A stretch of 64,000 nt of DNA from Candidatus Taenariivivens baikalensis (lineage in GTDB: Bacteria > Omnitrophota > Omnitrophia > Omnitrophales > Aquincolibacteriaceae): NCBI GenBank assembly GCA_009691445.1, contig SICL01000001.1, positions 129,738 to 193,737 on the forward strand. Reading direction: 5' to 3'. Below are positions 38,909-48,948 of this stretch, piece after piece; positions within the stretch are counted from its first letter, which is position 1; the number at the start of each line of letters is the position of its first letter. The position numbers and the translations under genes were made by a program. A model generated the notes under the pieces. That model saw only the letters and a program-made list of their open reading frames with translations, did not search any database and had not been told where the DNA came from.

Positions 38909-40359
38909 ATCCTTGGTTTTAACGCTGATGGTTCTCCGGGACGCCCATCCTTAACCGACCACCCCAAATCTTCTATCTTCCGTCTCAAATCGTCTGATAA
39001 TTTCTGGAGATCCTTATCCGTCTTAAAATTAGGATATTTACGGATGGAAGATCGATGCTCATGACACTGCAAAACCTCAATTGGAATATCCTTTTTATGC
39101 GTAACTCCTAAACCGAAGATCATTTCGAGCACTTCAAAAAATTCCAATGCTTTTACCAAGCTCTCTTGCATGAAAAGCTTATTGGATATTCCGTAATTAA
39201 TATTCCTTACTTCGTCGAATATTGCAGCTAAAGCTACAGAAACATTCAGATTATTTGACAAGGCTTTCTCGATTATGTTTAGTTCGTCGTTCGTATTTTT
39301 TAAAAATTGATCGTAGTTATGATCAGCAACTTTTTTGGGTTCAACTTCATAACCTATATCAATTCTCTGCAGATTCAAAAGGTCCGAGTAACAATTCCTC
39401 AATAATTCAACAACGCCTTTTGCTTCCTCCAATCCTTCCAGAGTAAAATTGAGGGGCGTTTGATAATGAATTGAAAGAAGCGCATACCGAATCGCCATTG
39501 GGTCATAGCCTTTGGCGAGGAGATCCCGGAGCGTATAAAAATTACCTTTGGATTTGGACATTTTTTCGCCGTTCACAAGAAGAAATTTGCAGTGCATCCA
39601 ATACTTCACAAACGGCTTGCCGGTCACAGCTTCCGACTGAGCAATCTCGTTTTCGTGGTGAGGAAAAATAAGATCCTCCCCGCCCGCGTGAAGGTCAAAG
39701 CTTTCGCCGAGATATTTCATGCTCATGGCTGAACATTCAATATGCCAGCCTGGGCGTCCCTTGCCCCACGGAGACTCCCAGCTTGGCTCGCCCTCTTTGG
39801 ATTTTTTCCAGAGCACAAAGTCCGCACCTTCTTCCTTGTCGTATTCATCGACATCTACACGAGCTCCTTCTTTGTTCATGGAAAGATTTTTCTTGGAAAG
39901 TTTCCCGTAATTCTGGAACTTGGAAACGCGATAGTAAACCGAACCTTCACTCTCATACGCGATTCCTTTTTGAATCAGGGACTTGATCAAAGTCAGCATC
40001 GACTCGATTTCGTCCGTTGCGCGCGGCTGTTTGGTCGGCGGAAGGCAATTGAGCATCTTCATATCATCCTGGAAAGCCTTCGTATACTTCTCCGTAAATT
40101 CCGAGAGCGTCTTTCCTTCACGGTTAGCTCCCGCAATGGTTTTGTCATCCACGTCCGTAATATTCATGACATGTTCGACTTTGTATTTCTTGTATTCCAG
40201 AAAACGCCGCAGTAGATCCTCAAACACAAATGCCCGGAAGTTTCCGATATGCGCGTAGTCATAGACCGTGGGTCCGCAGGTGTACAGCCGGACTTCTCCC
40301 GGGTTCAATGGTTCGAAGGGTTCTGACCTTCCTGAGAGGGTATTGTAGAATTGGATCAT
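38905..40359 (-). CDS. cysS: Cysteine--tRNA ligase
   Basis: HIGN (HIGH variant), KMSKS, and a zinc-binding Cys (YTCGPT); ATGA overlap with tmk. Confidence 0.92.
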   Translation of the reverse strand: MIQFYNTLSGRSEPFEPLNPGEVRLYTCGPTVYDYAHIGNFRAFVFEDLLRRFLEYKKYKVEHVMNITDVDDKTIAGANREGKTLSEFTEKYTKAFQDDMKMLNCLPPTKQPRATDEIESMLTLIKSLIQKGIAYESEGSVYYRVSKFQNYGKLSKKNLSMNKEGARVDVDEYDKEEGADFVLWKKSKEGEPSWESPWGKGRPGWHIECSAMSMKYLGESFDLHAGGEDLIFPHHENEIAQSEAVTGKPFVKYWMHCKFLLVNGEKMSKSKGNFYTLRDLLAKGYDPMAIRYALLSIHYQTPLNFTLEGLEEAKGVVELLRNCYSDLLNLQRIDIGYEVEPKKVADHNYDQFLKNTNDELNIIEKALSNNLNVSVALAAIFDEVRNINYGISNKLFMQESLVKALEFFEVLEMIFGLGVTHKKDIPIEVLQCHEHRSSIRKYPNFKTDKDLQKLSDDLRRKIEDLGWSVKDGRPGEPSALKPRI

Positions 40360-40398
40360 AATGCTAATTATTAATATTAAATTTTATTATATTTTATA

Positions 40399-40427
40399 TT
40401 GACAAGGTTTGAATCTAATGCTAAATT
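40399..40427 (+). promoter_or_regulatory. Sigma70-type promoter (TTGACA, 17 nt spacer, TAAATT) driving the small plus-strand ORF
   Basis: Perfect -35 hexamer at 40399-40404 and a -10 at 40422-40427. The predicted transcription start site lies about at the ATG at 40435, which would make the mRNA leaderless. Confidence 0.45.
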
Positions 40428-40434
40428 ACTTCTC

Positions 40435-40683
40435 ATGAATAATTTCCGTGATGAAGATAAACCCTTTTCTGGTACACACGTCGGAGCCCTCATTGAATCT
40501 TTCCGCAATGATATGTCGATCATGGCAGAACAGCTGGACACCGTCAGTTCAGACGTTGCCATTCTGAAAGAAGATGTCAAAGAACTTAAGACCGATATGA
40601 GAACCGTAAAAGATGTTCTTCGAGTATTCATCCCCGAAATCAATGCCCGCATTACCGCTCTCGAAATAAAAACCGGTATCTAA
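40435..40683 (+). CDS. Small hypothetical protein (82 aa, predicted coiled-coil)
   Basis: ATG at 40435 directly downstream of the promoter with no Shine-Dalgarno sequence. Its stop overlaps the gltX stop on the opposite strand. Confidence 0.35.
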   Translation: MNNFRDEDKPFSGTHVGALIESFRNDMSIMAEQLDTVSSDVAILKEDVKELKTDMRTVKDVLRVFIPEINARITALEIKTGI

Positions 40684-42101
40684 CTTTTCTGAGCCTGCTC
40701 AAGCCGCTTCTTAACTTTTTCCATCCCCAAAACAGGAAAAATTCTTTTCAGTTCAGGACCATTTAATTTTCCGGTAAGGGCCATGCGAAGCGGATGAAAG
40801 AGATCCTTTCCCTTCACTTTGACCTTGGGTTTGATGCCGTCAATAAAGGCCTGGTAATCGAGCGCTGGCTGCGCCGCTTGAACCGTCAAAACCTCAAGCG
40901 CCGCCTGGACCACTTCGCGACCCTCGGGCGTCTGAAGACAATGAATCTCTTCATAGGGAAACTCATCGTTCAATACCTCAAGACGGCTCGGAAGCTGATC
41001 AAAGCGCTGAATATTGTCTTTAAAAATCGGTAGGATGCCGTGCACTTTGTCTTCATCCTTGGTCAAGAGCCCCTGGATTTTTAAATACGTCATCGCATAA
41101 CGGCAGAAATCCTGATCGGAAAGCAGACGCAGGTGTTCCCCGTTTACCCAGTTGAGTTTATCCTGATCAAAATTGGAAGATGATTTACTTACCTTCATTA
41201 AATCAAATTCGTGAATCAGCTCATCCCATTTCAGGATTTCATGACCTTCCGGAGGAGCCCAGCCCAACAGTGAAATATAATTACAAAGCGCGTAGGGTAA
41301 ATAGCCAGCCTTGCGGAATTCACGAACCGACACCGAAGACAAGCGCTTGGAGAGCGGCTCCCCGCCCGGGCCGTGGACAAGGGATAAGTGACCATACTGA
41401 GGCGTAGGAAATCCGAGCGCTCTCTGCAACAAAATATGTTTGGGAGTATTGGAGAGATGATCCTCGCCGCGGATAATATGAGTGATTTTCATGAACGCGT
41501 CGTCCACCACCACGGCCATGTGAAAGGTCGGCATACCGTCCGCGCGCTGAATCACAAAATCCCCGACCATTTCATCCAGATTAAACGAGACATCGCCGCG
41601 CACAAGATCATGAAGACTCAGCTCTGGATGTTCAATCTTGAAACGAACCGTGGGCTTGACGCCGCGGGTTTTTCGCTCCTCAATTTCCTTTTGCGTGAAA
41701 TTTCTGCCGCGGTTGTCAAAATGCGGCGGACGGCGTTCAAGCTTTGCGAGATGTTTCATCTCCTCAACTTCCTGTTCCGTCACGTAGCAGTAATAGGCCT
41801 TCCCTTCATCCAGAAGCTTCTGGATATGCGTCCGGTAAATCTCAAGGCGTTCGGACTGAAGATAAGGACCGTACGGGCCGTCGACTTCCGGGCCTTCATC
41901 CCAACGGAGTCCCATCCAGAGCAGATCCTCTTTCTGAGATTCCAGATATTCCTTCCGGGAACGTTCCTTGTCCGTATCTTCCACACGAAGAATAAATTTT
42001 CCGCCATTGGCTTTAGCAAAAAGATAATTAAAAAGTGCGGTGCGCACATTGCCCAAATGAAGATAACCTGTCGGAGACGGTGCAAAGCGAACACGAATCA
42101 T
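40680..42101 (-). CDS. gltX: Glutamate--tRNA ligase
   Basis: RFAPSPTGYLHLGNVRTAL (HIGH region) and KLSKR (KMSKS variant). Confidence 0.92.
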   Translation of the reverse strand: MIRVRFAPSPTGYLHLGNVRTALFNYLFAKANGGKFILRVEDTDKERSRKEYLESQKEDLLWMGLRWDEGPEVDGPYGPYLQSERLEIYRTHIQKLLDEGKAYYCYVTEQEVEEMKHLAKLERRPPHFDNRGRNFTQKEIEERKTRGVKPTVRFKIEHPELSLHDLVRGDVSFNLDEMVGDFVIQRADGMPTFHMAVVVDDAFMKITHIIRGEDHLSNTPKHILLQRALGFPTPQYGHLSLVHGPGGEPLSKRLSSVSVREFRKAGYLPYALCNYISLLGWAPPEGHEILKWDELIHEFDLMKVSKSSSNFDQDKLNWVNGEHLRLLSDQDFCRYAMTYLKIQGLLTKDEDKVHGILPIFKDNIQRFDQLPSRLEVLNDEFPYEEIHCLQTPEGREVVQAALEVLTVQAAQPALDYQAFIDGIKPKVKVKGKDLFHPLRMALTGKLNGPELKRIFPVLGMEKVKKRLEQAQKS

Positions 42102-43309
42102 AGCGAACTCCTTTGAAGCGTAACCAGCGCATCCGCAGAGACTGCTTCTCCCCGACCGATTGCGTCAAGACCTTCCCTAGTTTTTGCTTTGATAGATACC
42201 TGATCTTCCCTAAGACCGGCGAGTGCGGCGATTTTCTTTTGAATCCTCTTCTTATAGGCACCCAGCCGAGGACGCTCCAGATGGATCACCGTATCAATAT
42301 GAGTCACAGACCAACCCTTAGCTTTGGCCTTTTCAAGGACAAAGGCCAAGATTTTAGAGCTATCGATATTTTTGAACTTTGGATTCTTATCCGAAAACCA
42401 TTCGCCAATATCCCCTTCGCCAATCGCTCCTAATACTCCGTCCGCGATCGCATGGAGAAGAGCATCGCCGTCCGAATGACCTTGAGCACCCAGTGAATGA
42501 GGAATCCGGACACCACCCAATATCAATTTCCTTTTCGGAACAAGACGATGGAGATCTTTCCCCATCCCCGTTCTTTGAAAATCAGATTGTTTCAAGCGCA
42601 GATATCCTTGCGCGAGCTCAAGATCCTGAATTGTCGTGATTTTTGGATTCCAGCTCTTCGATTCAAGCACGGTCACTTGCCCCCCGACTGATTCGATAAG
42701 TTGGGCCTCATCCGTCGCCTCAAAGGCGCTAATATTCTTTTGATAAGCCCGCTCAAAAATGGCGCGGCTCACAAGCTGGGGAGTTTCAGCTTCCCATAAA
42801 TTACTACGATCGATTGTTTCAATAATCGTTCCAGAATCCCCAACCCGTTTAAGCGTCGGAACCACTTTGCGCGCGAGAATAACCCCATCAAATCCCAATC
42901 CTACGGCATCAAACATTTTGTGAATCAGCTCTGGATTTACAAATGGCCGCGCTCCGTCATGAACCATTACCCAAGGATATCGAGGATTCGATGCCTTCAA
43001 TCCCTGAAAGACAGAATGGCCTCTGGAAGTCCCCCCCGCGACAACTTTAATTTTCTTCCAATCTTGCTCCCGAATCCACTTTCTAAAAAATGGTATCGAA
43101 ATCGGGGGAACTGTAAGAATGATTTCCTTAATCGATTTTATTTTTGTAAATACCGCAAGGCTCGATGCGAGAATAGGTTTCCCGCCAAGTTCAAAGAAAA
43201 GTTTCGATCGGATCGTGGAAGCCGAAGCGCGCGCTGAAGATTTAGGAGGACATCCGTCAAAAAAACGTGAACTTTGTCCTCCGGCGGCAATGATAAGGCT
43301 CACTTCCAT
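42098..43309 (-). CDS. ispDF: Bifunctional IspD/IspF (MEP cytidylyltransferase fused to MEcPP synthase)
   Basis: N-terminal IIAAGGQSSRF (IspD) and C-terminal IspF motifs (DLHRL..., HSDGDALLHAIADGVLGA). Confidence 0.88.
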   Translation of the reverse strand: MEVSLIIAAGGQSSRFFDGCPPKSSARASASTIRSKLFFELGGKPILASSLAVFTKIKSIKEIILTVPPISIPFFRKWIREQDWKKIKVVAGGTSRGHSVFQGLKASNPRYPWVMVHDGARPFVNPELIHKMFDAVGLGFDGVILARKVVPTLKRVGDSGTIIETIDRSNLWEAETPQLVSRAIFERAYQKNISAFEATDEAQLIESVGGQVTVLESKSWNPKITTIQDLELAQGYLRLKQSDFQRTGMGKDLHRLVPKRKLILGGVRIPHSLGAQGHSDGDALLHAIADGVLGAIGEGDIGEWFSDKNPKFKNIDSSKILAFVLEKAKAKGWSVTHIDTVIHLERPRLGAYKKRIQKKIAALAGLREDQVSIKAKTREGLDAIGRGEAVSADALVTLQRSSL

Positions 43310-43318
43310 AGCTCAACC

Positions 43319-44455
43319 TTAGGACGGACGAGCACCGGAGCTCATGGGATTCCTGGGTGGCTCCTGGCGAAAGCTCCGTTCATCGATTATATCAGCCTCA
43401 TTGGAACGCATGGGCTTGCGATCTGGGCGTTCCGGCTCATCACTCATACGGGCAAAAATCATTCTTCCCGCCTGGGTTTGCAGAACACTGGTAATCGTCA
43501 CATTCATCGTCTGGCCAAGGCGACGGCGTCCATTATCCACCACCACCATCGTTCCATCATCCAGATAGGCAATCCCTTGGTCATGTTCTTTACCCTCTTT
43601 GAGAATCTTGACGGTCATAATTTCACCCGGCATCACCACGGGCTTCAAGGCATTCGCCAGCTCGTTGATATTAAGAACTTTCACCCCTTGAATTTCAGCA
43701 ACCTTATTTAAATTAAAATCATTGGTGAAAACTTTGCCGCCAATCACCTGCGCCATTTTCACGAGTTTCGCATCGACTGTATTAAATTCCGGAAAATCCA
43801 TTTCATGAATCTTGACCTGCATATTAGGATTGCTTTTAATCTTGTTGAGAACATCCAATCCCCGGCGTCCACGACTGCGCTTCATAGGATCCGACGAATC
43901 AGAAATTAACTGGAGTTCCTTAAGCACAAAGCGCGGCAAAATAAATTTTCCAGACATGAAGTGAGTTTTGCAAATATCCGAAATTCGACCATCGATAATA
44001 ACGCTCGTGTCCAGAAGGATTAATTCTTCCTGCGGCCCTTTAGTGTCCAGAGTCACGAACGGAATCATGAGCGTAAACTCATCCTGCCCCCGCAGAACAG
44101 TGATCACACCGAGGTAGGAAAAAATAATTGCACTGGCAAGTCCAAGCTGTTGGATACTGTCGGGAGTCATATGAACGTATCCGACAACGGTCATGACAAG
44201 CCGGTGAACCAATAGACCAAGACCTGCACCGACAAGAATGGAGAGGATATTGCGGACAGTAAACTTCTTAAAAAAGATATCGAGTGAAATAACCAAAACG
44301 CCCAGTATCAGCCCCACTCCGGCACCCATCCACTCGGGATGAGTCAATTGGTCGGTAGGAATCCATGGCATAGGCATATAGTAACCAAAAAGCGAGCAGC
44401 CCAAAATAAACAAAAGACGAATGATTAAAATCATAACATTGACTCCTTCGTTCAA
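43319..44455 (-). CDS. YacL-like membrane protein with PIN and TRAM domains
   Basis: N-terminal TM helices, a PIN domain (LLDTSVIIDGR) and a C-terminal TRAM-like beta domain. Sits next to ispDF, the same gene order as yacL-ispD-ispF in Bacillus. Confidence 0.7.
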   Translation of the reverse strand: MNEGVNVMILIIRLLFILGCSLFGYYMPMPWIPTDQLTHPEWMGAGVGLILGVLVISLDIFFKKFTVRNILSILVGAGLGLLVHRLVMTVVGYVHMTPDSIQQLGLASAIIFSYLGVITVLRGQDEFTLMIPFVTLDTKGPQEELILLDTSVIIDGRISDICKTHFMSGKFILPRFVLKELQLISDSSDPMKRSRGRRGLDVLNKIKSNPNMQVKIHEMDFPEFNTVDAKLVKMAQVIGGKVFTNDFNLNKVAEIQGVKVLNINELANALKPVVMPGEIMTVKILKEGKEHDQGIAYLDDGTMVVVDNGRRRLGQTMNVTITSVLQTQAGRMIFARMSDEPERPDRKPMRSNEADIIDERSFRQEPPRNPMSSGARPS

Positions 44456-44508
44456 AAAAATGAAAATTAAATAGAGTGAAACTTAATAGCACGAAACAGA
44501 CTCCCGAT

Positions 44509-45288
44509 TTACCCTTTTTTGAAGAGCCGCCAGGGATGCGTTTTAATATCCGACACAAAAGATCGCATATCCTGATACAGCTCATCCTTCTTTAACAACG
44601 CCCCAACCGTTCCCTCACCCTGCTTCACATGATCAAGGATTTCCTTGAGAGATTCAGTGGCCTTATCCAGATTCGCGATCGTCTGACCTAGATTTCCTTC
44701 CTTCCCATTCAGCGCCTGCTGAAGCGAATCCGTAATTTTGCCAAGATTAACGATGATCTGCTTAACGGTTTTGCCACTCTCCTTATCCGAAAGAATGTTT
44801 TTAAATGTCGTCGTCATCGCTTCAATATTTTCGGCGATTTTTTGAGCCCTCTCAATAAAAGCCTCAATGGGAACCAGGTTTTCTCCTTCCAAAGTAACCC
44901 CGTCCTCTAACAACGGTGAATTACCAGGTTCGGGAGTAATTTCAATGTGCGGTTCACTTAGAACGTGGGTCCCTTGAATCTTGAATTTGTAATTTTTTCG
45001 GATTTCCACACCTTTTTCGATGAAAAGCTTGATCTTGACCCGTGTCTTCTGACTGGTCGTATCATAAAGAAGATCTACTTGATTGACTTCACCTATCCGC
45101 ACTCCCGCCAAACGAATCGGGGCACCTTTATCCAAAATACTTACGTAGTCATACATCACATTCACGGAATAGCCTGGGCGAAACAAATAAACACCACTAA
45201 TAAAGAACACAACCAAGGACAGGAGAATAAACCCAATAATGACAAAAAAACCTACAATCGTTTGATCTGGTGATTTACGGTTGCTCAT
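44509..45288 (-). CDS. mlaD: MCE-family MlaD-like protein
   Basis: N-terminal TM helix and an MCE domain (VMYDYVSILDKGAPIRLAGVRIGEV). Confidence 0.75.
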   Translation of the reverse strand: MSNRKSPDQTIVGFFVIIGFILLSLVVFFISGVYLFRPGYSVNVMYDYVSILDKGAPIRLAGVRIGEVNQVDLLYDTTSQKTRVKIKLFIEKGVEIRKNYKFKIQGTHVLSEPHIEITPEPGNSPLLEDGVTLEGENLVPIEAFIERAQKIAENIEAMTTTFKNILSDKESGKTVKQIIVNLGKITDSLQQALNGKEGNLGQTIANLDKATESLKEILDHVKQGEGTVGALLKKDELYQDMRSFVSDIKTHPWRLFKKG

Positions 45289-45296
45289 AACGTGAT

Positions 45297-46055
45297 TTAC
45301 CTTTGCTCCTTATCAGTGATAGGCCCATGCGCAGAGCCTGTAATAAATTGCGCAATCGTGGGATTCTTCGTATTCTTGATTTCATCCGGTGTTCCCACTC
45401 CAATAATGACTCCATCATATAGCATTGCGATGCGGTTAGCTACCTTGTAGGCACTTTTCATGTCATGAGTTACCACAATGGACGTAACTTTGAGTTTCTC
45501 CTGCATCCTCAAAATAAGCTCGTTAATAACATCCGCATTGATGGGATCGAGCCCCGTGGTGGGTTCATCGTAAAGAATAATCTTTGGTTCGTTGCAAATC
45601 GCCCGCGCAAGACCTACTCGTTTTTGCATCCCTCCCGAAAGCGACGCAGGCATTAGGTGTTCCACACCATAAAGCCCAACCATCGCCAACTTCTCACGAA
45701 CCTTTTCCTCAATGGTTTTATCCGGAAGCTGAGTATGTTCATAAAGTGAAAACCCAACATTCTCTCTCACGGTCAAAGAGTCAAAGAGCGCGGCTCCCTG
45801 AAACAGCATTCCAAGCCTTAAGCGAAATTGCTCCTGTTCTTTGGAAGTCAGCATGTGGACATCCACACTATCAATCAAAATCTGCCCTTCATCAGGTTCA
45901 ATAGTTCCGACAATATGCTTGAGCAAAACACTCTTGCCACAGCCAGAACGACCAATAATCACCAAGGTTTCACCGTCTTTGATGGTGAGATCCACTCCCT
46001 GGAGGACATGGTTTTTTCCGAAAAATTTGTGAACTTTTTTAATTTCAATCATCAA
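45297..46055 (-). CDS. mlaF: ABC transporter ATP-binding protein MlaF
   Basis: Walker A GRSGCGKS, signature LSGGMQKR, and Walker B LYDEP. Confidence 0.85.
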   Translation of the reverse strand: MMIEIKKVHKFFGKNHVLQGVDLTIKDGETLVIIGRSGCGKSVLLKHIVGTIEPDEGQILIDSVDVHMLTSKEQEQFRLRLGMLFQGAALFDSLTVRENVGFSLYEHTQLPDKTIEEKVREKLAMVGLYGVEHLMPASLSGGMQKRVGLARAICNEPKIILYDEPTTGLDPINADVINELILRMQEKLKVTSIVVTHDMKSAYKVANRIAMLYDGVIIGVGTPDEIKNTKNPTIAQFITGSAHGPITDKEQR

Positions 46056-46876
46056 AAGAAATAGAAAATCGCAGTGAAAAAGGCATCTGAGGCAATAATC
46101 AAAACCAAGGCTGTCACCACGGCAATTGTGGTTGAACGCCCAACACCCTCAGCACCCCCTTGGGTTTTAAATCCAAAATAGCACCCGACAATCGAAATAA
46201 TTCCTCCGAAAAAAAAGGCCTTAATCAACCCGGTCATTACGTCCTTGAGCATCATTGAATTAATACTGCGCTTAATATACTGATGCGAGCTTATCCCAAG
46301 TTTGAAGACTGAAATGATGTAACCGCCAAAAATCCCTATGATATCAGCATAAATTGTGAGGACAAAAAGCATAAAAAAAGCAGCGACAAAGCGCGGGATC
46401 ACCAAATAACGGACTGGATCCACAGCCAGTGCCTTTAAGGCATCGATTTGTTCCGTAACCTTCATCGTTCCAATTTCTGCAGCGATCGAAGCGCCTACCC
46501 TGCCTGCAATCACCATCGCTGTCAAAACAGGGCCAAGTTCACGCACGGTGGAAAGGGAGACCAGATCGGCCGTAAATTGCTCAGCAGCAAATAGCCTGAG
46601 CTGGTAGGCGGATTGAAGTGAAAGAACCATCCCAGTAAATAGTGCCGTCAAGAAAACTAGCGGAAGAGACATGACGCCGATCTTATTCATTTGGTTCAAC
46701 GTCGAACTCCAACGTAGTTTCGTTGTTGCGATGGTACGGATGGTTTGAATAAGAAGCAGTGAGATTCCGCCGGCATGAAAGGCAAGCAGGAGAAAAAATT
46801 CACCCAGTTTTGCCAACCAGTGTTCAATAGAGGCAAGCCGTCGTAGAGACTTAAATCGCCTTTCAGTCGATGCCAT
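46052..46876 (-). CDS. mlaE: ABC transporter permease MlaE
   Basis: MlaE/YrbE-family permease with 5-6 TM helices; ATGA overlap with mlaF. Confidence 0.85.
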   Translation of the reverse strand: MASTERRFKSLRRLASIEHWLAKLGEFFLLLAFHAGGISLLLIQTIRTIATTKLRWSSTLNQMNKIGVMSLPLVFLTALFTGMVLSLQSAYQLRLFAAEQFTADLVSLSTVRELGPVLTAMVIAGRVGASIAAEIGTMKVTEQIDALKALAVDPVRYLVIPRFVAAFFMLFVLTIYADIIGIFGGYIISVFKLGISSHQYIKRSINSMMLKDVMTGLIKAFFFGGIISIVGCYFGFKTQGGAEGVGRSTTIAVVTALVLIIASDAFFTAIFYFF

Positions 46877-47026
46877 ATTTTGTCAATCCTTATGAATCAT
46901 GTTACATGCCGCTCTGAGCGCAGCCTCATTTTTAAGCTGGAGCAAAGGATCACATGAATCAGATTCTTTCGATTCGCTCTGGCTAAGTGCACTTAGTAAA
47001 ATAGGTTAGGAATGCTCTCAGTTAAA

Positions 47027-48934
47027 TCAAAATTTAATCTTCGGACCAACGCCAAAAAAACTCTCGTCCTTAGGCTCTTTTCGTTTTGAGTCCTGAGAAG
47101 CATCCCGGTCACCACCAGACGCTATTTTAATCGCAAGTGCAGGTAAAGACGAGTTTTTATTTTGAATATCGGTATCCTCTGACTGATTAGGATTAAATTC
47201 AGATTCCTTCCAAGCCGTCCATCGATCCGGCGCTTGGACTAGGATGCCATTAAATATATTAGGGAGTGAAAAATCGATACTGCCTTTCAAGTTAAACCGA
47301 TTTCTCCCCTTAAAAGCCTTAGAATCATTCAAGACGAGCACAGGCGGAACTCCTGAAAACTGGATGTAGGCCCGATCATAAGTTAAATCGCCTGTACGCC
47401 CGTCATGCACCGTAAATTGACCCAAACATTCTGGTTTGAGAAGATTCCCTTCGATTTTAAGTTTGCCGTCCAAAACTCCGCTGACGCTATGCGAAAGAGG
47501 TTTCGTTGCGAGACGATTAATCTTCCCCATATCGAAGTCGTGAATTTGAACTGCCATATTCCCGGACCAATCATGATGAGAAACCGTGATTTCCCCACTG
47601 GCTTGAAAATGATCTCCCCAAGAAGCCTCAAAGTGATCCAGCCCCGTAGCGCTAAGGGAAAACTGACTTTTAAAATCTCGAAGCGGCATGTATTCAAGCA
47701 CCAGATTATCCGAAATAAAACTCCCCTTCAACGATGAGAGCTTAGGGTCTCCTGCGTAGAAAATGGGTTCGAGCTTCATCCTGCCGTGGATAATGCAATC
47801 CAGATCTAGAAATCTGTAATGATCCAGCTGAAGACTTAAATCCACAAGGGAGCGCTGGTAATCGACAGATAAACTAAGCCGTTGTGTTTCGCCCGGCCGC
47901 TGCATATCCAGCGCAATCTTTCCGTTTGTAAGATCCAGGCTGCCATGACCTTCATAACGATGATTCAGATGAAGATCCTCCATCATCATCTGGCCCCCAT
48001 CCAAAGTCACATTTCCGTTCATGGTATGCCTAAGAAGGTTGGCGTTATAAACGCGCGCTTCAAAAGAGCCGCGGGAACTATTAACTTCCAACCGCATCAA
48101 TGGACCTTCCTTCAGCCTCCAGTTTAAAAACAGCTGCGGATCTTTATTGTAATTTTCCAAGCTACCATAAAGCACCGTGTCCCAACCCTGGACTTTCGCT
48201 TCAAGGAAGTCTAAAAAAATATTTTGATTTTCCCAGCGCAAATGTCCACGAAATGACTTAAAGGGAAGTGCTATTTTATCTCCCAGCTCTACATCCTGAA
48301 GATCGATTTCAAGGTGATGCGTGTGGTGCTGCGGATCAATCGTCCCATGAATCACCGCCTTGCCCTGAATCGCTCCGGTGAAGGACGTTTCGAAAAAAAC
48401 CTGCAGCTTATTTGAAGACATCAAACTTAGTTTTCCCCGCATTCCATGAGCTTCAATCTTTGTCTTCAAGTACGGAATTGTCCACACAACTTCCCCTCCT
48501 TGAAAACTCAGATTGGAGAGCTTTGATTTCCCCGCCTGAAGCCCTAGGGAATTAAAAAAATTATAAGGAATCTCTCCGCTCTCGACCAGCATTTTTGGTG
48601 CTTTGAACACAATTTCCGATGGGGATCGCACTTTTCGCAGAAGAATTTGAAGGGGATCAAATCGAAAGACAATATTTTGCACCCGTATTTGATAAGAACT
48701 CTTCACGCTTGGCGAATGAATCTGCAGACCTGAAACATCAATCTCATTATACGAACCAAGATTCATCGTCTTAATTTCAACATTGGCTCGCAGGACCCTG
48801 CCAACACTTTCTTCGGCCAAGCGCTTAAATTCATTCCTCCCCATAAAATGATGAATAAGTAATGGGGGCAGAGTACATACGGCGACGAAAAAAATTGTTA
48901 CAGACAGGAAAATGAATTTCCAGCTGCCCCGCAT
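47027..48934 (-). CDS. AsmA-like/TamB-like envelope assembly protein (N-terminal signal anchor)
   Basis: 635 aa, one N-terminal TM helix, a beta-rich repetitive body, and a position next to the mla operon. Confidence 0.35.
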   Translation of the reverse strand: MRGSWKFIFLSVTIFFVAVCTLPPLLIHHFMGRNEFKRLAEESVGRVLRANVEIKTMNLGSYNEIDVSGLQIHSPSVKSSYQIRVQNIVFRFDPLQILLRKVRSPSEIVFKAPKMLVESGEIPYNFFNSLGLQAGKSKLSNLSFQGGEVVWTIPYLKTKIEAHGMRGKLSLMSSNKLQVFFETSFTGAIQGKAVIHGTIDPQHHTHHLEIDLQDVELGDKIALPFKSFRGHLRWENQNIFLDFLEAKVQGWDTVLYGSLENYNKDPQLFLNWRLKEGPLMRLEVNSSRGSFEARVYNANLLRHTMNGNVTLDGGQMMMEDLHLNHRYEGHGSLDLTNGKIALDMQRPGETQRLSLSVDYQRSLVDLSLQLDHYRFLDLDCIIHGRMKLEPIFYAGDPKLSSLKGSFISDNLVLEYMPLRDFKSQFSLSATGLDHFEASWGDHFQASGEITVSHHDWSGNMAVQIHDFDMGKINRLATKPLSHSVSGVLDGKLKIEGNLLKPECLGQFTVHDGRTGDLTYDRAYIQFSGVPPVLVLNDSKAFKGRNRFNLKGSIDFSLPNIFNGILVQAPDRWTAWKESEFNPNQSEDTDIQNKNSSLPALAIKIASGGDRDASQDSKRKEPKDESFFGVGPKIKF

Positions 48935-48948
48935 AGATGAACCTTCGC

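Noticed and set aside
46913-46922. Near-palindromic 10-mer CTGAGCGCAG shared by two intergenic regions (46913-46922 upstream of the mla operon; 58872-58881 downstream of the MshEN pair)
   Set aside because: With about 2 kb of intergenic sequence on two strands, a few shared 10-mers are expected by chance. The flanks are not similar.
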